Shown one piece after another: positions 19,825 through 30,305 of a stretch of DNA of 60,365 nucleotides. The notes beneath the pieces were generated by a model that was not told the DNA's origin, did not search any database, and worked only from the letters and a program-made list of their open reading frames with translations. A program made the translations under genes and the position numbers. Position 1 is the stretch's first letter. The number at the start of each line of letters is the position of its first letter. Origin of the DNA: a virus (taxonomy: Duplodnaviria > Caudoviricetes); the IMG/VR virus record IMGVR_UViG_3300032319_000867, positions 1 through 60,365 of that record; one strand, given 5' to 3'.

Positions 19825-20693
19825 TTTGCTTTTACCTCACCCTCTAGTTTTGATAGACCTAAATAAAAGCTAACAAGGTCTTCACTAATAATTTTTGGAT
19901 CGTTATATTCTTTTTGCAAAGTGATTTTTATTTCTTGCAATTTTTGGGAAAGTACCTTGTCAGTTTCAAACTCATGTTGATGAACAGAAAGAGTTGAGAT
20001 AAATCTGCCTTTGATTTTTTCTAACTTTTCTACAAGCTTGCTTTCCATTTGTAGATTTTCTTTACTGAAAACATAAAGTTGAATTATTTCTTTTTGTTCT
20101 GGTTCAAGATTACTATATTTTTTGTTAACCTTTTCAGTCATGATATTAACAACCAAACGATCAACGTCTTCGGTTGTCATACTTGCTGTTTCTTTAGTTT
20201 TGTCGAGAGCAACTTTACTTTCCATCATAAACTCTATAAGACGTTCTTCTAGTTGAACAGTTTCAGTTATAGCTTCTTTTAATGTTTCATCTCGCCATGT
20301 GTTAAGAAGAACTTGAACAGTTGCAAGTTGTTTGTAAGCTGGAATAACTTCTTCGAAAAAGAATTCAGAATTCAAATTGCTATTGATTTCATGAATGAGT
20401 GAGGTTTTCTCTAAATCAAGACGAGCTTGACTTTGATATTTTACTGCTTCACGCACACGGTTGATAATATGAATAGCTTGTTCACGACTTGAAACGTTAG
20501 ACTCTGTTAAAGCTTTTACAAGCTTGAGTTCTTTATAAATATCAGTAGATTTGTTGAAATGTTTTTTCAACAAAGTTTTAGATTTTAGAATATCAGAATC
20601 ACGATTTTCTAAAATTGCTTTGCCGATATATCGAGTAAAGAATTCGTATAAAAGTCCTGTGTTTCGTTTCTTGTTGTGTTTTAGCTTTTGCAT
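19821..20693 (-). CDS. Hypothetical head-module protein
   Basis: KHNKKRNTGLLYE N-terminus; lies between portal and protease, 4-nt overlap with protease. Confidence 0.7.
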   Translation of the reverse strand: MQKLKHNKKRNTGLLYEFFTRYIGKAILENRDSDILKSKTLLKKHFNKSTDIYKELKLVKALTESNVSSREQAIHIINRVREAVKYQSQARLDLEKTSLIHEINSNLNSEFFFEEVIPAYKQLATVQVLLNTWRDETLKEAITETVQLEERLIEFMMESKVALDKTKETASMTTEDVDRLVVNIMTEKVNKKYSNLEPEQKEIIQLYVFSKENLQMESKLVEKLEKIKGRFISTLSVHQHEFETDKVLSQKLQEIKITLQKEYNDPKIISEDLVSFYLGLSKLEGEVKAK

Positions 20694-20756
20694 TGTTTTA
20701 CCTTGCTTACAGATATATTAGATAGCTGCGTGCAGCGAGCTTGTTATTAAATAGAA

Positions 20757-22796
20757 TCACTCTTCTGATTTCAATTCTTTTTCTAGCAACATTAATGCAT
20801 CTTCTTCATCTTGTGTTGGATTATTTGTGTCTTCTTCCAAAACTTCAATTTCAGTTGTTGGTTTAACATTTCTGCTTGGAAACAAACTTTCATTCATTTT
20901 ACGTAAACTTGTTTGCATTTCTTTTGAAATGCCAAAAGGAATAGCTCCTGTTCCAAACAACTCTTGCATCATGTTGTTTTCTAACATGAATTTTTTAGTT
21001 GAACTTAAGTCAAATGGATCTTTGCTATATCTGTTGTTTGTAATATCCAACATCTTTTTAAAGTCTGGCATTACAAGTGCTCTATCACCTGTAAAAGCCT
21101 TGCTTCTTCTGGAGCGTCTAAAACTCTTGTCCAAGTTTGGTGTTGGATTAAATCTTATTGGAGAGCCGCTATTGTTAGATCCTTGATCTTCTTGACGTTT
21201 CTTTTCTCTTGTAGCCATAAGCTCACGCTCTTGCTCATGATTTTGTTGTTCAATTTTACGAACTTCTTTTTTATCTGGTGCGAATGGAGAAGTAGGAACT
21301 TTATAGTTGGCTGGATCAAAGATATCAATATTACTGTCAATGCTTTTATCGAAGGGAGGATTCTCTGCAATCTTTTTAAGTTCAGCCATCGCAACTTGAT
21401 CTTGTTTAGCTTCTTGTCTAATGATGTTAATTTGTTCTGGTCTAAGACCAAGGATTTCACTTTGAATATAGTTGAAGCTTAACAAACCAGTTTCTTTTGA
21501 TAGTTCCAAAGCTTTACCTGCAATTTCAAGCTTACTAGAAATCAAAGCTAGTTTTTGTTGAACAGCAACAGTTGATGGGTTACTGAACTTCAAATCAAAA
21601 TTCAAAAGATCTTCTCCAGAAAAACCTAATGCATACAAATGAATCATTGCAAGCTTGTTAAGCTCTGCAACAAGAATCTTTTGAAGTTGACTAACTGTTC
21701 TTGAAAATCTAATATCTTCTTGTGCTAGTGTTGCTTTAGAGCTTACAGCTTCATCATATGTCAAGTAAGCTTTTGGAACCATTAAGGCAGCAACAAGTTT
21801 TTTGTGAATATACTCTACGTCTTCTATAGCTGTTGCGTTTTGTCCTCCAGCTAATGATTCAATCTTGGTTTGATTGTTTGGTCTAGTTGGCAAGAAATAA
21901 TCTTCATCGATAGCAAGAGGGTTATAACGAAAATCTTGACGGCCATTTTGTTGATCAATAACAGAAGCTCCACGCATGGATTCTTTAACAGCTTCCATAT
22001 AACTTGGAATATCATTTGGATGAACAGCAGAAACGTCTACATAAAAGACTCTGCGTTCTGGAGATCTTACAAGACGATAAACTAACATGCTGTCTTCCAT
22101 CATTGTTAGTTGTCTCCAAGGTCTTCTTGCAGACTCTAATATGCTTGTACCATATGGAAGAAACAAGTCGTTACCAAGAATACGGAAATGAAGCATTTGC
22201 CAGTTTTCTAGATACTTGCCACCTCTTGTGATAAGTCTAAATCTAACAGCATAAGGATCGTGTTTATCAAATCCTTCTTCACGTTCTACTTCGTTAACTG
22301 GTAAAGGTTCTACATTGATAACACCGTAGTCTGGTACAACTTCAACATACATGAAGTAATCACCATTTTTAACAAGGTTACGAACCATTCTTCTGGCATT
22401 GAATTCAATGTTTAAAACATCATAAAATAATTCTTCAAGAGCTTTTTGTACTTGAGCATTGTCGCTATAAATGTGAAAGTTCCTACCATTTTCATCTGAA
22501 GCACAAGATTCATCTGCATATACGTTCAATGCTGAAGCAACGTCGGCAGAGTTTTCCATTTCTGCAAATTCGGCATAACGAGACATACGATCTAAGATGC
22601 CATAAGCACCCATGACAGAGAAAGGAGAAGCTTCACGTTTAAATCCAGCAGCACCATAGTAGCCAAGATTGTTTTGAACAACTTGGTTATCGTAGAAGTT
22701 TTTATAGTCTTGACCACGAACTTTACGACGAATGGCTGGCCCGCTGCGGAACAAACGAGTTAGCCTTTGATAAAACGATTTTTCTTTCTTTGCCAT
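20757..22796 (-). CDS. Portal protein (T4 gp20-like)
   Basis: MEDSMLVYRLVRSPERRVFYVDV, EDYFLP, IESLAGG, IEDVEY..KKL..AL.VP, EDIRF. Confidence 0.95.
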   Translation of the reverse strand: MAKKEKSFYQRLTRLFRSGPAIRRKVRGQDYKNFYDNQVVQNNLGYYGAAGFKREASPFSVMGAYGILDRMSRYAEFAEMENSADVASALNVYADESCASDENGRNFHIYSDNAQVQKALEELFYDVLNIEFNARRMVRNLVKNGDYFMYVEVVPDYGVINVEPLPVNEVEREEGFDKHDPYAVRFRLITRGGKYLENWQMLHFRILGNDLFLPYGTSILESARRPWRQLTMMEDSMLVYRLVRSPERRVFYVDVSAVHPNDIPSYMEAVKESMRGASVIDQQNGRQDFRYNPLAIDEDYFLPTRPNNQTKIESLAGGQNATAIEDVEYIHKKLVAALMVPKAYLTYDEAVSSKATLAQEDIRFSRTVSQLQKILVAELNKLAMIHLYALGFSGEDLLNFDLKFSNPSTVAVQQKLALISSKLEIAGKALELSKETGLLSFNYIQSEILGLRPEQINIIRQEAKQDQVAMAELKKIAENPPFDKSIDSNIDIFDPANYKVPTSPFAPDKKEVRKIEQQNHEQERELMATREKKRQEDQGSNNSGSPIRFNPTPNLDKSFRRSRRSKAFTGDRALVMPDFKKMLDITNNRYSKDPFDLSSTKKFMLENNMMQELFGTGAIPFGISKEMQTSLRKMNESLFPSRNVKPTTEIEVLEEDTNNPTQDEEDALMLLEKELKSEE

Positions 22797-22878
22797 TAAA
22801 GTTCTCTTCTTTCAGAAATTATAAAAGTTTGTTGATAGAATGAATGTATACCTATATTTAGAGCCTTAAACCTAAAAC

Positions 22879-23247
22879 ATGACATTACCTGATAATGTAA
22901 AAGAAAGAATTGATTATGTTGCTTCTTATGTGCAAGGATCGCTAACAGATTGGTTTTTACTCAAACAAGAAATTCTAAGATCTATGCCAGCCAAAATGCG
23001 TAAGATTGTTGGATTATCAAAGCGTCATCGAAACACAAAGAAAATGCTTATCAACGATGTAGATCGTGAAGTCATAGCATATTGGGAACTAATTACAGGT
23101 ATTAAACTATGGATTGATCCCAAAAGATTACACGATCCAAGCTGGGTTTATCGTAAAAGAGGATGGGCTTTAAATGGCAACAAAGAAAGAATTCTTGAAG
23201 AAGAAGCTAGAAGAAAAGAAACTAGAAATTCTTCTTCAAATTATTGA
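22879..23247 (+). CDS. Hypothetical protein
   Basis: ORF after a TATTTA motif; overlaps the next ORF by 74 nt. Confidence 0.5.
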   Translation: MTLPDNVKERIDYVASYVQGSLTDWFLLKQEILRSMPAKMRKIVGLSKRHRNTKKMLINDVDREVIAYWELITGIKLWIDPKRLHDPSWVYRKRGWALNGNKERILEEEARRKETRNSSSNY

Positions 23248-24709
23248 AGAAGAAATCGATATTGCTAGCGAACATCTTTTGCTTGAATACGATGATTATA
23301 ATTCGGACTATTATGGTCCCGGTGTAGATACTAGCGATACAGGCAAAGGTGGACTCAGACGCTTTTGGAGAGATCGTGGACAATTACCGGGTTTGTTATT
23401 ATCTCCTGTATCTGATGTGGCGTCTGCATTTAAAAAGTTTGGCGCAAAAATGGGAGTAGCAATTGGTAGTTTTATTGGAACCACAATTGCAGGAGCTATA
23501 GTAGCCATTTTACCATTTAATGATCCGAGAGCTGTAAAATACGTTGGTGAAAAATTTCGTTTTTGGGAAGATAAAAGCATGAGGTGGATTGACAAACAAT
23601 TTAAAACTGAAACAGACCAAATGCGAGCAGGTTGGGAAACTTTTAAAAATGATTTTTGGGGAATTGGTTTTATTGCTTCCCCTCTTAATGCAATAGCAGC
23701 AGCAACAGCAGCAGCAAAAGGAATTGATGTAGCAATTTCTGCTGGAAACGTTATTACTGGTGGCAAACTTGGGGGATTAATTGATAAGATCACAGCAGAT
23801 GTGGAAGATCCCGGCAAATTAGAATCTTATCTGGAAAAAGGAAAACAAGAAAAAGAGGAAGAAACTCGCAAAACTCGTGAAAAAAGAATTGAACAAAGTT
23901 TGGATTACGAACGCTGTGTAAAACAACTTGATGATCCAAATTGGATAGATCCAGAATGTTTGGGTTTTGCTGAACGTAACAGATTCCCTGCTGGTCCAGA
24001 AGGACAACAACAATTTATTGATTTTGTTGCTGGTAGGGCATCAAAAATAAACACGCTCAGAAACAACAGATATAGAATTGAATTCGGTAAAAAACCAAGT
24101 AACGATTTTTATAAAAATCTTGATGATCAACAAATCATTAATTTACTTAAGCGTAATGGCCTGATTTCCGAAAGTTACATTCACGAAGCAAACAAAAAAG
24201 AATCAAACAATGGTATAAAAGAATTATTATCAAAGGCAATGAATCAAGGTGAATCAAGTAATGCCGCAGTTGCGATAAATAAAATGAAAGAAAAATTTGG
24301 CGAAGAAGCAACAAATGAATTTTTGAAAAAACTAGCTAAAGCATTGGTAGAAGATCCAACTGCCATAGCTGTTGCACAAGCTTGGACAAATGCTAATTTG
24401 CCTAAAGTAGCTGCTGAAACTTTTGGAAGTTTAAATAAAGAACTTATATTGGGTAAAGTTCCAAACGTAACATCCAACCAAATCAGAGATTATCAATCTA
24501 AGGCTGGTGATCTTGCTGTTAAAGCTGTCAAAGATACAGCTTCTTCAAAAGGTATTATTATACCAAATGAATCATTAAAAATGATAAAAGATGTTGTACA
24601 AGCAGATACAAACAAGAGTTTTGCTTCAGTTCAAAAAACTTCAGCACAACCTACCGAAGTTCCAGCGGCTCTTGTTTCCAAAGCTCCAGCAGCACCAAAA
24701 AAAGGATAA
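23174..24709 (+). CDS. Hypothetical protein with hydrophobic segments, possible virion protein
   Basis: 511-aa ORF; LLLE and LISE motifs; Gly/Ala-rich hydrophobic helices. Confidence 0.6.
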   Translation: MATKKEFLKKKLEEKKLEILLQIIEEEIDIASEHLLLEYDDYNSDYYGPGVDTSDTGKGGLRRFWRDRGQLPGLLLSPVSDVASAFKKFGAKMGVAIGSFIGTTIAGAIVAILPFNDPRAVKYVGEKFRFWEDKSMRWIDKQFKTETDQMRAGWETFKNDFWGIGFIASPLNAIAAATAAAKGIDVAISAGNVITGGKLGGLIDKITADVEDPGKLESYLEKGKQEKEEETRKTREKRIEQSLDYERCVKQLDDPNWIDPECLGFAERNRFPAGPEGQQQFIDFVAGRASKINTLRNNRYRIEFGKKPSNDFYKNLDDQQIINLLKRNGLISESYIHEANKKESNNGIKELLSKAMNQGESSNAAVAINKMKEKFGEEATNEFLKKLAKALVEDPTAIAVAQAWTNANLPKVAAETFGSLNKELILGKVPNVTSNQIRDYQSKAGDLAVKAVKDTASSKGIIIPNESLKMIKDVVQADTNKSFASVQKTSAQPTEVPAALVSKAPAAPKKG

Positions 24710-24721
24710 AATGGAGAAAAC

Positions 24722-25003
24722 ATGAGAAAGAAAAACACTGAAGTTGAACCAGACGAAATGCCAGAAAATCTAAATGAACTAGCTCCTATTGTTACCGAGT
24801 TCGTTAATAGAATGAGAACATTAGAAAATGAGGAAGTAACTTTGCGTGAAGCTAAAAAAGAACTTGTTGATGAATATGCAACAAAGCTTGACACAAAAAC
24901 TTTAAAACTTGCTCTTCGTTTGGTTGATATTAAAAAGAAAGTTCAACACAAACATTATTTTGATTTGTTTTTGGAAATTCTTTCCAAAGATGAACCAACT
25001 TGA
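24722..25003 (+). CDS. Small DNA-binding protein (GapR/DsbA-like)
   Basis: FVNRMRTLENE...LREAKKEL..EY...LDTKTLKLALRL pattern; GGAG RBS. Confidence 0.55.
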   Translation: MRKKNTEVEPDEMPENLNELAPIVTEFVNRMRTLENEEVTLREAKKELVDEYATKLDTKTLKLALRLVDIKKKVQHKHYFDLFLEILSKDEPT

Positions 25004-25093
25004 TAATCAACAAAATATTATACAATACTGCCTATAAAAATCACAAGCTTTTATCTGAGTGGTTGTTGCTTACAACACAGAAGAGAAAAGCTA

Positions 25094-25582
25094 ATGAGTG
25101 CAGTAAAACAAAATCGTAAACTAGATTTTATTCCAGAGATTCTTTATGAATCTCCAAACTATCCCGGTGAAAAAGTTTCTCCAATTCCTTATATGGTTAT
25201 TCCGAGAGACAAAGATATGCCTGTTGGTTTGTTCCTTATGCGTTATACGCAAACTGGGGAATATGAAGTAGGAGATTCTGGGAAGCCAGAAGAAATCATG
25301 GATGGACCACATCCACATATGTTTGTTGATTTCAAACATCTTGAAGAAGTTTTGAAAGATACATTTCCCAACCTTCACATGGGAGATGCTATTGATAAAA
25401 TCCGTATTGGTTTAGGTCTTAAGCCTCTTGCCAAAGCTCGTAAAGATGGCAATGATCTTATTGACCGTGTTGTTGCCAAAGCAAACGACATTGCTAGTGT
25501 TGCTTTTGAAAAACAACAAGAACGCAAGTCACAATATGAAGGTCAACTACAAAAGGATATTGCGGAGGATCAAAAACAATGA
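25094..25582 (+). CDS. Hypothetical protein
   Basis: First ORF of an ATGA-coupled run. Confidence 0.6.
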   Translation: MSAVKQNRKLDFIPEILYESPNYPGEKVSPIPYMVIPRDKDMPVGLFLMRYTQTGEYEVGDSGKPEEIMDGPHPHMFVDFKHLEEVLKDTFPNLHMGDAIDKIRIGLGLKPLAKARKDGNDLIDRVVAKANDIASVAFEKQQERKSQYEGQLQKDIAEDQKQ

Positions 25583-25989
25583 AATTACATGCCAGTGTTA
25601 TTGAAGACATTATTTTGAATTGTAGAAACTTTGGTGGTCACGCCAGCGAACGTAAACTTCGAGAAGTTCTTGGAGCTAAACGTTATGCAATTTACGTTGG
25701 TGATAGACGAGACATGGTTTTGGTTGATGCTGAACGTTATATGAAAGAAGCATTTCAACGTGGGCAATCAACAAATCAAATCGTGCCTATGTCACTTCAT
25801 CCAAAGGCATTTGAAAAGATCATGTACTTTTTTGATTTGTATTCTGGATATGATACTGAAGCTAAACTAAGACACTCTTTGGTTAATATGGATTTTACTC
25901 CATATGAACGTAAATCTGGATTTGGTGCTGGTGAATCCATTTTGGTACTTACCGAAGATTATACTAAAGCTTTACAAGGTAACCCATGA
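25579..25989 (+). CDS. Hypothetical protein
   Basis: ATGA overlap; GGAGG RBS. Confidence 0.6.
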   Translation: MKLHASVIEDIILNCRNFGGHASERKLREVLGAKRYAIYVGDRRDMVLVDAERYMKEAFQRGQSTNQIVPMSLHPKAFEKIMYFFDLYSGYDTEAKLRHSLVNMDFTPYERKSGFGAGESILVLTEDYTKALQGNP

Positions 25990-26486
25990 GCTTTTCTATT
26001 GGACAAGTAATATACGTTTTGAGCGACAAATCACAAACAGTTTTACCCGGAATTGTTCGTGAAGAAATTCATCATCGTTCAATTGATGGTGAAAAAGTAT
26101 CTTATCGTGTTGTTATTGGACCACAAGGCAAACAAAGAGTTATTGATTTAGCAACTGTAGACGGTGAAGTTTATGGTGACTTGTCAGAAATAAGAGAAGT
26201 TCTTGTTTCAAGATTAACTGCTTTTGTTGATGATTTGTGCAGCACGACAAATGAACGTGTAGGTCAATGGTATGGAGGAATGGGTAAACCTGCTTCTCCA
26301 ACATCAAATGGTGAAAAACTTGATCCAAGCGTTTTAATGAATGAAATAAGTTCAAATCAATTTGTTCAACAATCTCAACAAAAACCAACAGGTATTAATG
26401 GTTTAAGATCTGCCTTGGCTGATCCAGAACTAACTGCCCGTGAATATGTTGACGCTGATGGTACCATTCGTAAGCTTAACCAATAA
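25986..26486 (+). CDS. Hypothetical protein, N-terminal SH3/KOW-like segment
   Basis: FSIGQVIYV...G.V; ATGA overlap. Confidence 0.55.
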   Translation: MSFSIGQVIYVLSDKSQTVLPGIVREEIHHRSIDGEKVSYRVVIGPQGKQRVIDLATVDGEVYGDLSEIREVLVSRLTAFVDDLCSTTNERVGQWYGGMGKPASPTSNGEKLDPSVLMNEISSNQFVQQSQQKPTGINGLRSALADPELTAREYVDADGTIRKLNQ

Positions 26487-26495
26487 GAAAATAAA

Positions 26496-29249
26496 ATGAA
26501 TAAAACAGTACAAGCAAACACAGAATCTCAACCTATTGAAGTTACATTTGGTCAAGATGCACATGAACAGCTTTTAGCTGGTGCAGAAATACTTTATAAA
26601 GCCGTTAAAAGTACGATGGGGCCAAGTGGTCATAACGTTATTATTGATAACGGACAAACAGCACCATTGATTACCAAAGACGGTGTAACTGTTGCAAAGA
26701 GCATTAATCTCAAAGCAAAACTTCCTAGTATTGGCGCAGAGCTTATAAAAGAAGTAGCTAGCAAAACAAATGAGCTTGCTGGGGATGGTCCGCAGCCACT
26801 ATATGCGAAAGTATTAACTCCGACAGGTTGGACAACAATGGGACAACTTAGAATAGGAGATTCTATTTGTGGCACGGATGGTACCATTCAAAAAGTCTTA
26901 GGAACATATCCCAAAGGAACAAAAGACATATATCAAGTTATTTTATCTGACGGTAATAAAAATACACATTCTAGAGTTGTGGAATGTTGCGAAGATCATT
27001 TGTGGAGCGTAACAACGTACTACGGAAATGAACGCACATTAACCACAAAACAAATGCTTGAAACCGGTCTTGATGTAGGACCATACGAACGAGGAAGGTA
27101 TTTCGTAAAACAAACTCAAGCTGAGTTTTATGATGATAACATTACTTTAGACCCATATCTGCTTGGTGTGTTGCTAGGAGATGGAAGTCTTTCGGAAGAA
27201 CATGAAATTGATATATCAGTTGGTTTAAAGGAAGAATATATTCTCGACAAACTAGTTCTACCGCAAGGTTGTAAAATGCATAAAAAGCATTATACGTCCA
27301 CAAAGCATTATATTAAAGGAACGATTACCGGCAGTCAAAGAGTTGACCAACAACTCTCTGGTCAAAAATCGATCATCAAAAAAGCTTTAAAAGAACTTAA
27401 CTTGTTAGGAACAACAAGTGAAACTAAATTTATTCCAAAGCAGTATTTGTTTTCTTCTATATTCACAAGAAAAAAGCTGTTAGAGGGTCTTGTTGATACT
27501 GATGGAAGTATCAACAAACGAGGATTGCTTGAATACAGTACAGTAAGCAAACAACTATGTTCTGATGTTGTCGATCTATGTAGAAGTCTAGGCAAAAGTG
27601 TTAATGTTACTACATACGTAAGGAAACCCAAAGATGGATCATATGGCAAGAAAACGATCTATAGAGTTAGTGAGTTAAAAGGTAACAAACACGGATTACG
27701 GATTGTTGATATTGTCAAAACCAATAAAAAAACCGAAATGATGTGTATTAAGGTCAGTAACCATGATTCTTTGTATATTACCGACAATTATGTTATAACA
27801 CACAACACAACAACAGCTACTGTACTTGGTTATGCTATGCTTAAACAAGGTATTAAAATGACTGCAACAGGACGTTCTGCGATTGAAATCAAACGTGGAA
27901 TGGAATGGGCAACAGCAAAAGTTATTGATTGGCTAAAAGAACATGCAATTCCAGTTCGAAACAATGAAGATATTGTTAACATTGGAACCATTTCTGCAAA
28001 CGGTGATAGATCAATTGGAGACTTGCTTGCACAAGCTATTTCAAAAGTTGGTCAAGATGGAATCATCACTGTTGAACCAGCAAAAAGTATTAAAACAACT
28101 TTGGATGTTGTTGAAGGAATGCAATTTGAAAGTGGATTTGTTGCTCCTTACTTTGTAACAAATCAAGAAAAACTTTCATGTGAGTTAAACGAACCATATA
28201 TCTTAATCACAAACAAAAAGATATCTTCAATTCAAGAAATTCTTCCAGTTCTAGAACTTGCAACAAACTCTAATCGTCCATTGCTTATTATTGGAGATGA
28301 AATCGAAGGTGAAGCATTACATACTTTGATTGTTAACAAGATGAAAGGTGTTCTTTATTCTTGTGCTGTTAAAGCTCCAAGCTACGGTGAAAATCGTACA
28401 GATGTTCTTTCTGATATTGCTTTGGTAACAGGTGGCACAGTTTTTGATGCTTCATCGGAAAAGCAAATCAAGAAAGCAACTGTAGCAGATTTTGGTCAAT
28501 GCAAACGTGTAATTGTTACCAAAAACTCAACAACAATTATTGGACATGATCAAACTCGTAAAGAATTAATTTCTGAACGTGTATCTCAACTAAGAACAGT
28601 ATTGAATTCAAACCTTGGTATCGACGATCTTAAACGTGAAAACACCAAGAAACGTTTGGCTAAATTGGCTGGTGGTATTGCTGTTGTTAAAGTAGGAGGG
28701 TCAACTGAAGTTGAAATCTTTGAAAAGAAAGATCGTGTTGACGATGCATTAAATGCAACAGTAGCTGCTGTACAAGAAGGTATTCTTCCCGGTGGTGGCA
28801 CTTCATTGTTTTACGCATCTGAATGGCTACAAACTTTAATAAATGATGGAAGAACAACAAAAGACTTAACAGAAGATGAAGTAGCTGGTGCAAGAGTTAT
28901 TGTTGAAGCTTGTCGTCAACCATTGAAAGTTATTGTTGAAAACTCAGGCAAGAGTTCTGATGTTGTAATGAACGAACTTCGTGCCTATGAAAAAAAGAAA
29001 GCTGTAGAAGTTCTTCATGATATTGCTGGAGATACTCATCGATCTCCAGAGTTCGTTGAGAAAAAAGTCGAAACATTACTTTCAAGACGTATTCGACAAG
29101 GATATGATGCTTCAAAACATCGTTACTGTGATTTGATTGATTCCGGTATTGTTGATCCGCTTAAAGTTGAAAGATATTCGCTTGAACATGCTTGTTCAGT
29201 TGTTGGATTGTTACTTACCACAAATTGTGTTGTTGTTGTAGAAAGTTGA
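26496..29249 (+). CDS. groEL: Chaperonin GroEL-like, intein-containing
   Basis: TMGP.G.NV, ITKDGVTVAK, AGDG|TTTATVL, TISANGD, EGMQF, KLAGG.AV.KVG, GILPGGG, GIVDP; 578 aa after intein removal. Confidence 0.95.
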   Translation: MNKTVQANTESQPIEVTFGQDAHEQLLAGAEILYKAVKSTMGPSGHNVIIDNGQTAPLITKDGVTVAKSINLKAKLPSIGAELIKEVASKTNELAGDGPQPLYAKVLTPTGWTTMGQLRIGDSICGTDGTIQKVLGTYPKGTKDIYQVILSDGNKNTHSRVVECCEDHLWSVTTYYGNERTLTTKQMLETGLDVGPYERGRYFVKQTQAEFYDDNITLDPYLLGVLLGDGSLSEEHEIDISVGLKEEYILDKLVLPQGCKMHKKHYTSTKHYIKGTITGSQRVDQQLSGQKSIIKKALKELNLLGTTSETKFIPKQYLFSSIFTRKKLLEGLVDTDGSINKRGLLEYSTVSKQLCSDVVDLCRSLGKSVNVTTYVRKPKDGSYGKKTIYRVSELKGNKHGLRIVDIVKTNKKTEMMCIKVSNHDSLYITDNYVITHNTTTATVLGYAMLKQGIKMTATGRSAIEIKRGMEWATAKVIDWLKEHAIPVRNNEDIVNIGTISANGDRSIGDLLAQAISKVGQDGIITVEPAKSIKTTLDVVEGMQFESGFVAPYFVTNQEKLSCELNEPYILITNKKISSIQEILPVLELATNSNRPLLIIGDEIEGEALHTLIVNKMKGVLYSCAVKAPSYGENRTDVLSDIALVTGGTVFDASSEKQIKKATVADFGQCKRVIVTKNSTTIIGHDQTRKELISERVSQLRTVLNSNLGIDDLKRENTKKRLAKLAGGIAVVKVGGSTEVEIFEKKDRVDDALNATVAAVQEGILPGGGTSLFYASEWLQTLINDGRTTKDLTEDEVAGARVIVEACRQPLKVIVENSGKSSDVVMNELRAYEKKKAVEVLHDIAGDTHRSPEFVEKKVETLLSRRIRQGYDASKHRYCDLIDSGIVDPLKVERYSLEHACSVVGLLLTTNCVVVVES
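26790..27806 (+). mobile_element. Class-3-type intein (339 aa) with LAGLIDADG endonuclease in GroEL
   Basis: Starts PQPLYAKVLTP, ends ITHN before Thr; Trp in block B (DHLW), Cys in block F (MMCI), Thr in block G; LLGVLLGDG and LLEGLVDTDG. Confidence 0.9.
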
Positions 29250-29262
29250 AAGGAATATAATC

Positions 29263-29616
29263 ATGGCTAAAGGAGATCATGTTAGAGTAGGTCACGGCAG
29301 TACAGTACATGGAATCGCACCAGATAACGTACCTGTTTATGAACTTGAAAAAGATGAATGGGGTAATGTTCGCTGCGATATCAATGGCTGTGCATTTCCA
29401 AGACCTGTAGGTGGAGTAAAAGGAGGTTCAACAGCTACAATTGCTGGTGACCCTATTAAGGTTCAACGTGGATATGTTGAACGTATGAGCGAAAGCACTA
29501 AATCATTTGGTGGTGCTGATTTCGTAATGCTGTTTCCTGTTTACTTCCCTCATTATCAAAAAACAGCTTATATTCAAGCCAATCATATGCATTTAACTCA
29601 TGGACAACTTACCTAA
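29263..29616 (+). CDS. Hypothetical protein
   Basis: AAGGA RBS; follows groEL; no GroES motifs recognised. Confidence 0.6.
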   Translation: MAKGDHVRVGHGSTVHGIAPDNVPVYELEKDEWGNVRCDINGCAFPRPVGGVKGGSTATIAGDPIKVQRGYVERMSESTKSFGGADFVMLFPVYFPHYQKTAYIQANHMHLTHGQLT

Positions 29617-29977
29617 ATACAACCCTATGGAAATAGACGACGATGTTTATCCTATAAGGGGAATAGACATGATCGAAGAACAAAAAAAAGGTTGTAAACT
29701 TTGTCAATATGCTCCAGTGATATCTTTGATTGCTTTAGATTTTGTTGGAGGTTTAAATGGTTTATCAAGAAACGTGTATTGGTACATGTTTGAAATTACA
29801 TTTGCTCTTCTTTACTTAAGAAACATTCAATCAATGGATGAACTATATGTAAAAAAAGCAAATGCATCAATCGAATTTAAACCATACGGAATATTGCTTG
29901 CTATTATGTTTGGAATAACAGTAAGAACATTGTTTATGTTATTCTCTTCTTCTATTGGTTGTGTTCCACAAAGTTAA
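29600..29977 (+). CDS. Hypothetical membrane protein
   Basis: Two to three hydrophobic segments; start uncertain. Confidence 0.45.
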   Translation: MDNLPKYNPMEIDDDVYPIRGIDMIEEQKKGCKLCQYAPVISLIALDFVGGLNGLSRNVYWYMFEITFALLYLRNIQSMDELYVKKANASIEFKPYGILLAIMFGITVRTLFMLFSSSIGCVPQS

Positions 29978-30252
29978 TAATACCCATGTTACCTCCAATT
30001 ACTGAACAAGAAAAAGCAATGTACACAATAAAACTTCAGTTAGAAAAAGCTACTGAAGATTTATTGGCTGAAGCTTATGAATCTGGATATACAGGTTATT
30101 TAGATATATGGCCTTTGATTAAGTCCAACAAAAAACAACTTATATTAGAAGTTGAAAGTAAAAAGGTATTAACTTCTTCATCTGCTTTAAGCCATAAAGA
30201 AGCTATGAGATATCATGTACAACAAGGCAAAGGTTGTAAACGTATTAAATAA
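29959..30252 (+). CDS. Hypothetical protein
   Basis: ORF only; start uncertain (probably ATG 29986). Confidence 0.4.
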   Translation: MCSTKLIIPMLPPITEQEKAMYTIKLQLEKATEDLLAEAYESGYTGYLDIWPLIKSNKKQLILEVESKKVLTSSSALSHKEAMRYHVQQGKGCKRIK

Positions 30253-30305
30253 TTTTGACTTTTGAATATATTGCTTTACCATATGTGTATATGCATACAC
30301 AAGGG

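Noticed and set aside
29263-29616. GroES candidate next to groEL
   Set aside because: No GroES motifs (PL.DRV, mobile loop) recognised; some phage chaperonins work without a co-chaperonin
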